Source of the DNA: Sphagnum compactum
Lineage: Eukaryota
Length of the DNA: 64,000 nucleotides
Reading direction: 5' to 3'
Assembly (NCBI GenBank): GCA_965153455.1
Contig: OZ234493.1
Location: 5,828,001 to 5,892,000 of the forward strand
In this document: one piece after another, positions 16,641 to 30,430 of the stretch
Layout of the letters: each line of letters starts with the position of its first letter
How positions within the stretch are numbered: the first letter of the stretch is position 1
The notes under the pieces: model-generated
Seen by the model: the letters and a program-made list of their open reading frames with translations, nothing else
Databases searched by the model: none
What the model was told of the DNA's origin: nothing
Translations under genes and position numbers: made by a program

Positions 16641-16977
16641 ACCGTATGCATCAACCACCGAGTGATGAAGGGCAAGGCAAAATGACAAACATGTTGGGAA
16701 GTCACTTGGAAAGAAAATGGTGGATGAGATTGATTACATTTGTCCTTGTTCTCATGCCTCAGAATTTTTTTGATGAAGAAGTTTGCAATACCTATGTTGG
16801 TGAGGGCCAAAAATTGCTACATGTTGTATAGGATTTTGATGCCTAGGTTTGATCCCAGGATCTCTCCATTATAGGCAAGAGTTTTATCTTGACTTACTAC
16901 CTTGAAAGACCCTTAGTGGTTAATTAAAGAGGCCCGAACAATGAACACCCAGTTCACCTCTTTTGATTTTCACTACT

Positions 16978-17222
16978 TTTTTTTTTTTCAATTTTGTGGT
17001 GTAGCTGACATGGTGAGCTTCCATGAGATGATTTAGCCAGATTTGATGGTGAAAAAATTAATAATAAAAAAAATATTCACTTCTATATATTAAGCTACCT
17101 ATTGGAACTTATAATGATTTTTCAAAATTAAATATTTTCCCAAATTATGATAACTAAAAAAACCCAAAACACACTAAATTTTCGCCAGTTTGAAAACAAT
17201 TCACGAAAAAAAAAATACACTG
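16978..17222 (+). repeat. Copy of an abundant dispersed short repeat (MITE-like family A)
   Basis: Core ttttcaattttgtg.tgtagctga..tgg.ga...tccat.agatgatttagccagatttg is shared with 29685-29980. Reverse-strand relatives lie near 11770-12065, 27140-27290, 34800-34990 and 45190-45290. Confidence 0.7.
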
Positions 17223-18296
17223 ATAAGTAGGTGGAGATTACTAATTTTGTTGCCGTTTCCATTGTGAATGTTGGAGTTTTGCATCTTCTAGTTAGTGCCT
17301 TGCTATTTTTCAATTGTCATCCAAGCCCTAGTTAATTTTGGGTGGGGGGGGGGGAGAGCAAAAGTATAACAAGATACCTAATAGAACAAAATTCAAAACA
17401 ATAACAAGTTGCCCCAAAATCTCAAAGTATGAAATGTTATGAGTTAAGACATAGTTTTCAACATTTTGCATCTCTTGTAGGCCATGACTTGAATACCTAG
17501 TTAGTTTGTGACCATGATGTGTAGGTAGGTATTTTGCCCTTGGTGGTGTAGAACAATTTATTATTGAGCTTGTTTTGGGGTATGGGGGGGGGGGGGGGGG
17601 GAAGAGAGAAGGGGTACTTCTTCTCGTTGTCGAAATACCAATAACATGGCAGGTCGGGAAAGTGATTCAAGCATTAAATGTTGTAAAGTTTAGGTTCTAG
17701 AATGCACGATACCATAGCTTTGGGGATTTGATAACCCTGTACAAACTTGCTTTGGCACAGGGTGGGCATGCACTGGACGGTAGGCTACTTTTTTTACTGA
17801 CTCGACTCTATGGCACTCTCTAGAAGGCAACAAAAATGTGATACTTGACGACAGCGGTCAGTCCTCTTTCAAAATAAAGTCTCCCCTCCCCCTCCCCCCC
17901 CCCCCCCCCCTCTTCCTTTGATATGACAAATAATCAATTGTAATTTCTTGTTTTAAAAAAAAGATAGTTCCATTATAGAAAGCCCACCTTTGCTTCTATA
18001 GCAAATTATGGTTGCATAATTATTAATTTTCACTATTTTGATCATCAATTTTGATTGAGAAATTGTGAGCAAATGAATGAATGGGTAGAGTGAAAATCAA
18101 CCCTAATTTGTTCATTTAATGAAAATTTTCAGCGCTATTATGTAAGTACTTTAATCGCAAAGGGTCCACAATTTTTTGTTGGGGGTGGGGTGGAGGTGGA
18201 GGGGGGGAGGAATCTGATTATGGGGTTGTTAATACATAATAAAAACCCCTTTAAAAATCCCATAAAATTGAGCCAAAGATAATTATGAGAATGTAC

Positions 18297-18496
18297 NNNN
18301 NNNNNNNNNNNNNNNNNNNNNNNNNNNNNNNNNNNNNNNNNNNNNNNNNNNNNNNNNNNNNNNNNNNNNNNNNNNNNNNNNNNNNNNNNNNNNNNNNNNN
18401 NNNNNNNNNNNNNNNNNNNNNNNNNNNNNNNNNNNNNNNNNNNNNNNNNNNNNNNNNNNNNNNNNNNNNNNNNNNNNNNNNNNNNNNNNNNNNNNN
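18297..18496. other. Assembly gap (200 N)
   Basis: Run of exactly 200 N. ORFs spanning it are artefacts. Confidence 1.
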
Positions 18497-18612
18497 AAAA
18501 CAACTTAGTTTCCTGCCATTATTATTATTATTATTGGCACAATTGAATCCCTTTTCATTTTTCATTTGTAGCCATTTCATGTTGACATTATTTTTTCATT
18601 GCCTGTTTTGAG

Positions 18613-18927
18613 CAGTATTGGGTGGTTAGACTCATTGGTTCCAGTTCCAGTTCCAGTTCCAGTTAGTAAAATCAAACTGGAACTGGGTCTGATTTTAGGA
18701 ACCAAAACTCAGAATCAATTTTCAAAAACCCAAAACCCAAAATCGAAAATCGAAAATTAATATTTTTTCAAGACTTAGACCAGAACTGAACCTAGGGGTT
18801 TTTCAATTTTATTTTTTTAGTGGAACCAAAATCAAAACCGAAACCGAAACCGAAACTGAAAATGAAACCAGAACCAGAACCATTCTAATTTTTTTTTTTA
18901 ATAAAGAACTGGAACTGCCCAACACTG
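18613..18927. mobile_element. hAT-like MITE (older copy)
   Basis: Ends CAGTATTGGGTGGTT ... AACTGCCCAACACTG with internal gaacc/aaaacc repeats. The flanks gttttgag and gttttcac are only a degenerate target duplication. Confidence 0.55.
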
Positions 18928-19670
18928 GGTTTTCACAACACATGGAACCCATTTTTCCAACCCGAGAGAGTTTGGGGCATTTGCCGAATATAACTTTTAT
19001 TGTGGGCTAATTAAGTTTCTGGCTTATACATAAAAAAAGTTCACAATGGGTCAGTAGGCAATGTCATACTTTACAACAGCTCCCCTTATTTAAGGTTGAA
19101 TGTCATTACATACCAGCTTCCTTCTGTTCATGGCTGGATTCAAAGGGTGGGCTTATCTTTGCCTAGTGTCGCTGGTTGGCATCTCTTTCTTTCAAGTGCA
19201 AAACCAGTTGAATATATTAATCACTAAGTGACAGTAGGCAGTACTTTACAGTGCAGATGGGAGTTATCATATTTGATCATTTGTTACTTACCTTTGCAAA
19301 CACCTGAAAAAGCTTTGAAAAACACACACCATTGTACCTATCCTTGGCAGCTTCCACACTAATTATATCATTTTCAGAAATGTTGATTTTTTTTTTTAAT
19401 TTTGGTTTTTTTTTCCGAATGTTTTTTAAATTATTAGTATTATTATTATTATTATTTGGGTTTGGTGAAGGAACATATCATGTTGAGTCTTCAGGAATGT
19501 TTTTATTTGTCAAAATGAAAAATGTCAAAATTATTGAATTAATTTGTCTGACAAACATGTGTTGAAGTTGCCAAGGTACTACTACTACTACTACTACGGT
19601 ATGTGCAGAGTTTTGAGATAAGTTAGCTGCCACAACAGGCTGCTCCCTCAAGATGTGTTTCGGTTAACAC

Positions 19671-20009
19671 CAGTGTTGGGTGGGTATTTAGTTTTGTTGA
19701 TAACCGCTGGTTGTGGGTTTTAAATTACAACAAAATTTCAGAATCAGATAACAACCTGTTTTGGGTTTTGACAAGGAGAAAAAAGTTCGGAATCAAAGAA
19801 CCAATGGTTCCAGTTATTCAAAACCTCGACGAATCACCGGGTTTCATGAGAAAACCAGAAAGAACCGGCGATTCTCTGGGTGGTCATACGACTTTTTTCC
19901 AAAGTAGTTGAGAACTGCAATGAAATGTCAGGAACCGGTTATTTGATCACTTTGAGAAACCATAGTTATGAACCCTGATGATGATCACCCTAATACCCAC
20001 CCAACATTG
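19671..20009. mobile_element. hAT-like MITE with perfect 8-bp target-site duplication
   Basis: TIRs CAGTGTTGGGTGGGTATT ... AATACCCACCCAACATTG. GTTAACAC at 19663-19670 and 20010-20017. Confidence 0.88.
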
Positions 20010-23000
20010 GTTAACACTTCCAAAGCCCACAAAGAAACTTTCTTTGGGTCATCAGGGTTATTGACCCCAAACTGAGGGTACAGGGCGCCAGTTTTTGTCA
20101 AAACTGGGGACGAAATCGAAAGTCAGGATGAAAACAGTACACAGTGAAAGAAGAAAGGAGGAGGAGAGGGTACCAAACTTAGTATTCTCATCCAAATTGG
20201 TCCTCACATGACTTCCACTCCTCAGTGTGGATTTTGCCTTTACTTGTGCCTTCCCTTCTCTAGTCCTATTCTTCATTAAATCAAGTCTTGTCAAAATAGA
20301 ATCCCGCAAACCTTGAGCTGATGATGATACCCAGTTTCCCCACTTTTGTGGCTACAACTCAAATTGGGGATGAAACACAGATTACAGGATCAAACCAGGA
20401 CCCAAAACAAGGCTAATCTTTTGGACAGCACTTTGGCACAAACAGGGGTGTTTTTAAAATTTTCCCAATTGATTAGAAAAGTTGATATTTTTGTAATTTC
20501 AATTCCCAAGAAGATGCTTGTTTAGAAACACTATTCATAAATTAATTGCAAAATAATTGGTTACATAACTATGCCCAAAAAACAAAAAACAAATCTAAAT
20601 TCCAACAACAATTGTCTCTTATGCTTTAATAAGATGTCAAGGAGTCACAAATGTTTGCCTTATTATACAAGAACTGACATCGCATGTCACACAACTTTGC
20701 CATACACGGAGAGAAGACTTTGGAACCATGTTGGCCTATTTAGTTTTCATTTGGTCCCACATTTTGCGGAATTCATGAGGTGTTACTTATTATTATTACG
20801 TGCCCTGAAGCATGAGTTCATTTTCTGGGGACTTCATGCAACATTTCTTATTTGAACTATTGCTAGTTTGAATTGGCATTTACGTGGCTTGTCACGTCAA
20901 TGTGGCCCACATTTTGACAAAGGCAATTTACTTGACAAGCCACTAGTTTCAAAGAGTTCAAAACAATAATGACTACGGCAGTGGTAAGTCCCCAAAATTC
21001 TGCCCCTGCCATATGGTTTGCCCAAAGTTCAACTCTCATGTATATAAACTGAAAAGGTCAACTCTAGGAGAGCACATTTGTTTTTATTTTGCAACTGGGG
21101 TGCAAAGAGGTTCTTCTATTTGGGAGTGTTGAAAGTTAATTTTTTTTTTTTTGATGATGAGCCAATCAATATAACTTAATATCGGCTAATCACCAATTAA
21201 CTTAATATGCAATCCCACATGCACTCGATTATTATGGGTTTTGTTTGAGTTTATGATGAGTAACGAGTAAATATATGTTGCACTAATTAAGATCATTACC
21301 GTTTTAGATTGTGTTACAATTTACCCTTGACCTTAGCACATTTATAACCATGGGGTAAATGTCAACTAAGTGGTTGATCTTCACCTCTAAGTTGTAACCT
21401 TACCTTCTAACTAGGGAAATCTTTTACCTTTATGCTTACCAGGATCAATAAGTTTTCAGAGTCTATAACCCTTACCATGATTCTTTTGCGATAATATTCT
21501 CTAGGGTTTTTTTGAGTAAAAAAAAAGGCAGAGAATTATCACCCCTTTTGCAAAATCAAAAGAACTTGAGGGAAGAAAAAAACATTGCTTGCAACAACAA
21601 CTTTGACATTTTTCTTCAAGCAACAATGAGATCTTAAACAATCGATTTTCCACCAGAAGTATCTAAGAATCAGACCAAGTACAAAAATGTCAAAGTCCAT
21701 GCCAATCTATCTAAGTGGTAATGTCACCTAAGGTGCTCTTCCTACCTACACCTAGAGCATTAGCCTACTTACCTTCTTACCCTATAAACTAGTTGAAATA
21801 CTATTGGATGTAGGTAGGTACCCAAAAGCATAAATTCATAAAATTGTCTTCTCATAATTAGAATTAGAATGACAAATATAGCGGAATTAAAAATTGACTT
21901 GTTATTTTGGAGAAGTAGAGACCCAATCACAAAAAAAAAACATGTGGGATTTTGTTGTAAATCTTTCACAAATGTAGCTACTACTCAAATGTAGCTTCCC
22001 CCCTATTCATGATAGGTATTTTTTTACATTATGTAAATTCTTGGGTATTGAACCTATTTATGTGGACTAATTATTAAAAAGGCACTTTTTCAGTTGTGCA
22101 AGTGGGCAGTAAAATGATTTAGTAGAGCCTAGAATGTTCATATATTTGAGGGTACTACCCTACATGTTATGTAGAACAAGAAGTCATGCACATGATTTTG
22201 GGGTCTTTTTAAGCTGGACCCATAATCAAAATCATTTTCATAATAGAAAGTCACCTAAAAATCAGGATCACAAATACACCCCCCTACCCCCCCCTCTTTA
22301 AGTGTTTTCTGTGAATTTCTCTGTTACCATTCTGCCTCATTTTCCCAGTGCAAGAGGCTAGAACATATTGACAGAGCTCTCTCTCTCTCTCTCCCTCTGT
22401 GTCTGTCTGTGGATCTGCACAAAATGATGTGTATTAATTGTACAAGTCTGATACTAGGCTTCGATGTGTATACTCCAATTTCAGGTCTCCAGATTAATCA
22501 TGGGCTTCTTATGTAGGTATTCTACCTAAATAAATAGATAGATAAATAAATAAATAAATAAAGAAGTCTGAAGGTATTTGACTTAGGTAGTATATATACA
22601 TAGTAACATAATAATGAAAAAAAAAAATACTCTCAAGTCCAAATTAACCATCATTAGATAATTGGTGTGCTGTGATACCTACTTAAGACTTTGCAGTTTT
22701 TATTTGGGTTGCATAATAGTCACAATGTGTGGGGGAAGATCTGTGTGCTGCTGCTGCAGCAGCAGCAGTGTCAATGTTGTAGTATAACAGTGAGACTTAT
22801 TTACTTACTCCCGATGACTATTTTGTAAATCTTTAAGGTCAAAATGCAGGCCCAAAATGACAGACAAGTTTGTCAAAATAATCAATATAATTTTGTTGAT
22901 GAGTTTTTTTTTTTTTTTTTTAAATTTTTTAATTTCAGTTTTCAGCATGGACTCTGGAGGTCTCAGTAAGTTTCTACTATTTATTGTTGTTGTTGTTGTG

Positions 23001-24035
23001 TGGTTATTTGAATTTTAATTAAAGAATTGTTGGGTTCTGATTTTTATTTTTTTTCAAATATTTCAGAATCAGATAATTGTCGATTTTGGTTCTGTGGAAA
23101 AAATAGAAATAAAAATCAGAACTAAAGAAACCGTTTCGTCCTGGGTATTTCTAAAACCTCAAAGAACCGGCAGTTTTCATGAAAGAACCGATGGTCTAAT
23201 GGTTATCTCTTTTTCACCCCCAAAAAAAAAAAACAAAGAACCAGAGGGTTAAGGGTGCGGGATATGGACCGAACCAGAGGTTATAACTTATAACAAAATT
23301 TAAAGAACTGCCCAACACTAGTAAAACTCCCCCCCACCCGGTGAGTTTTTAATTTTTTAGTTTTTTTCCGGGTTGCTTCTAAATATTCTAAATACCCACC
23401 CCACGACTAAATCAGGGTATTTGAGTTCCAAATTTAACATATCCGGTTTTCCCCCCCCCCGGGGGTCAAATACAAGAGCATTCTGAGAAAGCCATCCATT
23501 ATTATTTCTGATAAAGAATTTTTCAAATAAATGGGCAGGTGGGGAAAATAAAACAAATGTCAACCTGGTAAATCCAAGATGATGGTAATTTTTTATTTTT
23601 TTTTAAATCAAAATCAAAATGGCAGCTAAATTATTTTGTAAGAAGCAAAGTGGCAGGTTGATATTCAAGTTTTAGGGCAGAGTTGAAAATGTGAAGGTCA
23701 GAATGAAAAAAAAGTCAGCTGTGCCTTAATCTTTGAGCTTAAAAAATAATGGAGTATTCTAAAATGTATAAAATAATTCTGTAGAAGTCTAAGGGGGGGA
23801 GAAAGAGGGGGGTGGTGGGAGGGGGGGGCTCATCAATAAATTCCCTTAACTGCAGAAAGGAAGTTTTCTGCACCAAAAAGGTCAATTGTCAATTACATGG
23901 TATTTGAATTAAATGCTATTTTTCCATGAGCCCCAGACTTTGGTGCAAGAGCTGCTTATTACACTGCCATCAATGGGAAGTAAGGAAGGATTCCATCAAG
24001 GAAGGAAGAAAGGGAAGGAACTCAAGTGGGCAGAG

Positions 24036-24070
<35 letters not shown>

Positions 24071-24352
24071 AAGAAAGAACAATCATGGGATTGCAAGTGT
24101 TATGAAAATCTGAGTTGGAGATATTGCTTTCTTCCAGCATTAATTTTAGATTCCTAGAATGGGTTAAGCTTTTTCTTTCCCCAGGAATTTAATTTTATCC
24201 TTCTTTTCCAGAAGGAAAAGAAAATCCCCATAAATGGCAACAAGTGTTAGTGTCTGTTACAACAGACCATGAAAACTTTCATGGGTTTGTGAGAGCAGCT
24301 TTTGCATTATATCAATTTGAAAATGTGGGCATTTAATATGAATGAAGTCTAG

Positions 24353-24379
24353 TAGGGTTTAGGGTTTAGGGTTTAGGGT
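24353..24379 (+). repeat. Short interstitial plant telomeric tract (TTTAGGG)n
   Basis: tagggtttagggtttagggtttagggt. Confidence 0.8.
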
Positions 24380-24687
24380 CAGTCAGCAAAGGGAGGAGGC
24401 ATGGCAATTTTGTAAGCGATAGGTAAGGGCTGAGGATGGGGGTCATTTTTTTCAGATTATCATATGACCCACATTTTTTTCCGAAATCTGCGAATGTGGG
24501 TCATTTTTTTCACAAAAATCCTTTCTACTTGCAAAAATCAAGGTTCTCATGTCAAAATTTGCCCCAGGAAAGAAACACTTGAATAATAAACCCCCTAAAA
24601 CACAAAAAAGTTGAAATCTCATTTACATTGATCTAAGTTTCACTAATAAAATATTAAATGAAAAAACTAATATTCTGTAGTAAATAC

Positions 24688-25141
24688 CAGTGTTAGCCAT
24701 TTATTGACTTTTTTCACAACCGCCCATAAGCTTTTTTCTTTCTTTTTTTGAATTTTTGGGTGTCAATTTGGTTATCAATATTTTAGGAGGTAATAACCAT
24801 CAATTATGCATAAGAATTTTTTAATAATTGATAACCGCTGATTATCCCACCAGTTATTTAGCCGATTATATGGGCCGATTATAACAAATAAAATTCTTTC
24901 ATTAAATTTTTTTCCCTGTTTTTTTGTTTTACTATGATAAAAATGTTAAGTGTTTTAAGATTGATAACCTATCTGGATGATAACCAGCTCATCCAACTAG
25001 GTTATTAGATTTTTGGAATTTTAGTACCGTTAGGTTTTTAATCGGTTCTAAAAAAATGAGTAATCAACTGGTTGGTTATTAATAATCGGATTGATAACCT
25101 GGTTGATAACTGGGTCAAAACTCAATATACGGCCAACACTT
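24688..25141. mobile_element. hAT-like MITE with perfect 8-bp target-site duplication
   Basis: TIRs CAGTGTTAGCC ... GGCCAACACTT. GTAAATAC at 24680-24687 and 25142-25149. Internal gataacc/ggttatt repeats. Confidence 0.85.
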
Positions 25142-26639
25142 GTAAATACCTGATAAAACAGAGAGATAAATATGTATATATAGTCTTAAATTCTGAATGG
25201 TTTATTAAGGGTGCGCTCTCCAATCAACAGCTGCTCTCACACAATATGTGATTACAGACATAAACTTTTCGGTGAACAAACCCTAAAAAGCATAAACCCT
25301 TCTCCCCCCAAAACTTTGACAATCCTAAACCCCTAACCCCAAAAACTTTGGCAACCAACCTTATGTCGACAAACCCTGAACCCAGAAAATCCCAAAAAAC
25401 TTTGGCAACCCTCCTACATGGTTAACTGCAAACCCCATACTTGAGGAAGAATTTTTGGAGGAGATTGCGCATAAAAAAGGAACAAACCAAGATTGGACTA
25501 TCAAGACTTGGCTTTCAAGTAGGATTAGAGTTGCAACCTTGCCCACAACAAAGCCATTCGAGATGATGTAAAGGGGCCAACAACAACGACCTCCTTTGGA
25601 GAAAGTTGTATTCCCCCTAACTTTTTGAAAGTCCCAACTAAAAAAGTGAGAGGAATATATCACTCCCACATATTTTTCTGGTGCATGCTGTATATATATA
25701 TATAATTTTTAAATTTTTTTAATAAAACAAAATAAAATAATTTTTGATTTGGAAAAATCCTTCTGGATTCTGCAGCATTTTTTTTGTGGTCAATTTTTTG
25801 GGGGATAAGTAATTGCATGGTCTTTTTGGAAACACCCATGCATGTCATTTGTTTGTTTGTTTGTTTGTTTTCTTAATTATTGCCAGACCTGGGTCTAGGC
25901 CCTAAATGCCCTGCTGCTCCCAGGGCTTTACCGTGCACATAGTAGGGGATTGCATTGCATTGCATTGCATTGGGAGACATTTTTATTTATTTCTTTATTT
26001 CTTTGGTGGGTTGTTTTGTTTATTATGAGAACTATAAGGGAGAGAGAGTAGGGGCGAGGGGGAGGGGGCCAAGTAACTGCACGGGACACTTTTTTTGAAT
26101 GCCATGCCAGCCTTCTTCTTGTTGCTTTCAGATGGAGGTGGGACTGACTGACTTCTGAAAAAAGTATTTTTGCATTTATTTAAGCCATACAAAATGGGGT
26201 CTTACATACTAAAAAGGTTTTTAAGACCCATTTTGTCTCATCGGCATTAAGTACCGAGTGTAACATTTTTTTCCATCAAACCATGAAAGGCAAAATATGT
26301 CAGCAATGAAAATAAATAAATAAATGAGCTTTTAGTCTGAAGTCCATTTGCCTTAATGTCCTCCCCCCCCCCCCCCCCCCCCCCCCATGCAATTGAGCTG
26401 ATGGGTAATCTCTCTTCTTTTTCTGAATGAAAAAAGTGTGTGTTTAATGTGTAAGTATTAATTAATGGAAAAAAGCCTGGAACCCACAAGAAGCTAGCTA
26501 GTACCCACAGTTTGGACTGTGCCAAAAAGCCTTACACAAATACACCCTCTCTACTCCAAATTTTGGGCAAGCAAAACCCATCCCCCCCCCCCCCCCCCCA
26601 AACCCCCCCCCCACATAATAAATATTGTTTTTTTGGCCC

Positions 26640-26850
26640 TACTTTGACCCTGTAATCCTGATTTCATCCCCAATTTTAGTGTCTCTGTAAAGTGAGTAAG
26701 AGAAATTGGGCACTGTTTTATAAAACTGGGTATCAAAAGTTCAGAAACTTTGACCAGGACTTTATTCTGACCAGGCAAGTAAGGCAAATGCAAAACTGGG
26801 GTTGAAATTTCTCTTATCATACCCAGTTTGTTTGACAAAACTGAAGCTCA
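26640..26850 (+). repeat. Copy of dispersed repeat family B
   Basis: The motif tttcatccccaattt(g/t)agt...aaactgggtatca also occurs at ~10190-10330 and, reverse-complemented, at ~20040-20400. Confidence 0.55.
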
Positions 26851-29684
26851 GTAATAAGGAAAAACAGTACCCTCCTGAATTAGGGTAAGCAGCTGACATC
26901 ACCAGGCCTGCCAAACCTGTTCAGTAACCTGAGGTCTGTAACCTCATCATCTTTTCTCTATATTGGGTGGAATCAGGCTCAAGAGGTAGCTCCTGGAACA
27001 TTCTTAAAGCTCCTCTTGAGTGTCAACCTCTTTTTTTTTCTTCTTTTTTTTCCTTGCAAAATCTCACCAAAAAGAAAATAAAAAAATTGGAGATGCAAAA
27101 ACAATGAAGTGATTTTTTAGGGTTTTCAAATTTCCAGAATTATATATGGCCAGATTTCTATATTTGTGGTTCCTATTGGTAGCCTAAAATATGGAAGGAT
27201 GTTCAAATATTTTTAAACTTTCATATCTCAATTTATAACCCATATCTGGCTAAATCCTTCATATGGGTCATAGTCAAACTTGAAAAAAAATTGACTGCTT
27301 TTGATGTGCTACAGATTCAATTGTTTGGGACTTTGTGCCTATGGAAGGTAGCATCTAATAAAGAGGCTTGTTCACTAAATACATTTCCATTTGCTACAAG
27401 GGGAGGCGGGGGGGCGGGGGGGGACCAAGGCGTCATTAAATAAACTCCATAAGCAAAGAGAATCCAAACTCTTGTCCAGGATTTTAAAATATAAAAGATT
27501 AGCTACTAGTTTTGGTCCAGTGCATCATGGAAATCTCACTACCCAAAAAAAATCTCATAAAGGGTTTAAAAAAAAACCAAAAACTGTTTCATACGAAAGA
27601 ACTACTTTTTGTTCATTGTGCATCAACAATTTTTGCAACAATTTTAGAGTTCCAAAACCCTAAACCCTAGAATACGTGCACATGGCCATGTTGAGAATGA
27701 AAAGGAAAAAGGGTGGTGAGCGGAATGTACTAAACCCTAAAACCCTAAATCCCTTTAGAAAATCTTTTCAATTTGGCACTTGTTTTTTAAATAGTGTCGA
27801 GCCTCATTGCAAGTTTTTAACTCCTTGCTCATGTTTGTTGCTTCTCGACTAACTTCATGTTTTAGCAGCTCTCTTCAGATCTTGGAATGTGTTGCTTTAC
27901 AACATGGTTTGGTATGTTTGGAAAAGGGTGCCCAAAGTAATGGTATGAGGGCAAATTCTTCTTTATATCTATTAGGTTCTTATTATTCAAAACCATGGGA
28001 AAGCATCAATATACTTATTATTACTGACTAGTTGGTTTCCATGTGTGAAAAAAGTCAAAGACTTTGATGAACAAAGATCTATGGCTTGGTCAAATGGAGT
28101 GGGTTAATGCATTTGTCTCCACTTGGATTGATGAAGCCAATTTTTTTGTTATATATAATAATAGTTAGTGTGGCTGTTTGCCCCCAAAGGCTAGACGGTA
28201 AATAGAAAATGCTTTGGAAAATTCCACTTTGGACTTCCATGCCATTAGGGGGGGGGGGATGGGGGAGGGTCTTTGACTCTTGGCTCTTGATGTGTTTTGT
28301 TTCCCAACAATTTGAAGTCAAGTTGTTATACTATATTGGTGGTGAATGAAGTTGTTTCCACTAGAGAGACTAATAACTTATCAAATCATCCTAAATCACT
28401 TGCAAAAATTTCCCCCGTTCATTTGGAGGGCACCTTCTTCATATGTATTTGTGAGATGGACGGCCTTCAACTATGAACAGCATATCCAAATTCCCATGCC
28501 ATGAGTAAGAGCTTCCTATTGCAAAGGATTAAGTCCCATAGGAAGAGATTGAAGATTAATTCATTTGCTCCAGGCAATATAAACAAAAAAAATATGAGAA
28601 GAAATGAGGAATTTCCAATTTTTAAAAAAAGGTCACTAAGGAGTTTGTCTTTCAGATTTTGAAGAGGCAAATTTATATATTGCAGTATTTTTCCATGCAA
28701 AAAGGACAAGGTAAAACTGCTCCAAATCCAGACATTAAGGTCTAGGGTGGTAGATTATGTCATTTTCTTGAGCACATTATGTGATATAATCTTCCAGTAA
28801 TATCATACACTCGCTTGTAGTAGTGACCAAAACGTGTTTATTGAACACGAATATTTCTTTAAACCCCATACCTTGATGTCATGGAACGGTCTTGCCCAAC
28901 CCATTATTATGTCGGATGTGTCACATGGCTCACCCTAATGGCCGGTTCGCATGGCACATTACCCAACATAATGGGCAGGGTTTGACAATTCCATACTTAT
29001 AACACATGCATTTAATTCAAAGAGTGAAAAACCCTAATTTCCACAAAATTCACCAATTTCATGCTATTCATAATTGTGGTAATTCAATTAAAACATACCG
29101 AATAAACGGGATTTAGGAATTTCAAAGGTCGGGGAGAGAGAGAGAGAGAGAGAATTGGCCCAAACAAGGGACCAAAAATGGCTTAATGTGAGTATTTATT
29201 TTCTCTTATGTGGGATAATGAATTTGGCATGTCATCAAAAATACCAAGCCAGGTTTCAAGTTCAGTTATTGTGGGTAGTTCTGAAAGAAATAAATAATTA
29301 GTTTAGAAAAAGAGAGAGAAAGAGGGAAAAAAAAAAAAAAAAACCCTAATGTAGGGAGGGAGGTAGGTAGGTAGGTACTAGGTACCTAGTATTTTTCTGT
29401 TGTATGGGATTCTTTTTCTTTTGTGATCAGAATAATAAGAGCCAGTTTGGGGAAGTTCAGTTAATGCGGGGGGGGTGTCTGAAAAGAAAACACAAATACT
29501 TAAGTAGTTCAGGAAAAGAAAAAGCTTCCTCAAGTCTAACCAATAAGGTTAATACAAAAAGGTACGGGAACCTTACTCTAGTCAGTCCACAGGTTTAGGC
29601 ACCTACTACCTACCTACTACTAACCTACGTGCACAGAGAGAGAGACAGAGAGAGACCCTAGAGCAGCGTTTTGTCTCTTTTTTT

Positions 29685-29980
29685 TAATCAAATTTGTGAT
29701 GTAACTGAAGTGGCGATCATCCATAAGATAATTTAGCCAGATTTGGCTACATAGTACTGCTAGATATGAATGTAGAAAAAGAAAAACCATAATTTTTTCT
29801 ATATTCTTGGCTATATATTCTTGGTAACATAGTGGAAATTGTAATTAAATTTTTTTGATGATTTAAAAAAATTCTTCCAATTCTGGCGAATTTGGGTCTT
29901 TTGTTTTTTTCCTTGAAAAATCCTTTTGTATATAGGGTCGAAATCATATTTTTTAGGTCGAAATTTGGCGAAACCACACT
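29685..29980 (+). repeat. Copy of dispersed repeat family A, directly upstream of the XRI1-like transcript
   Basis: aaatttgtgatgtaactgaagtggcgatcatccataagataatttagccagatttggctac matches the core at 16978-17222. Confidence 0.7.
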
Positions 29981-30430
29981 GTCAGTCCAGAGCAGCAGGT
30001 AACTAACTAATGTTAGTTAGTTTAGCAAGTGGTTTGGTGCCGAGTTTAGCGCTTGGTTTAGCAGCAGCTAGCCTTGGGGCTAAAAAGCCCTGCTTTGCTC
30101 CCTCCTCTTCTCCATCTCCATCGCCATTGCTCGCAAGCTCTCTTGCTCGCTCTCTCTCTCTCTCTCTCCTTGTGCCTGCCTTCCTCCTCCTTCTCTTCTT
30201 CTTCTTGTTCTTCTTTTCCCCCTCAAGATCTCAAAATACTCTTGGCTCTGCAACAGTGTTAGAAAATGGCAACAATTTGTGTAGTGAATTGGCAAAGTTT
30301 GGAGTTTGCGTCTTCTTCGTCGTCGTCCTTCTTGTTGTTGTGATTTTTGTTAGTCTTTGCCGCTGTTGCTGCTTCTGCTGCTTCAATTCTTCCAGCTCAT
30401 TATTCAAGGACGGAGACGGGAAAACTAACA

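Noticed and set aside
17578..17910. G-tract and C-tract bracketing ~280 bp like an inverted repeat
   Set aside because: Long G/C homopolymers are common across the window (for example 13801, 26362, 26582). No target duplication or clear TIR.
18138..18611. ORFs of 108-121 aa spanning the N run
   Set aside because: Artefacts of the 200-N gap.
22369..22400. tgacagagctctctctc resembling the miR156/529/535 families
   Set aside because: Only the first few bases match, the rest is a CT microsatellite, and there is no complementary arm.
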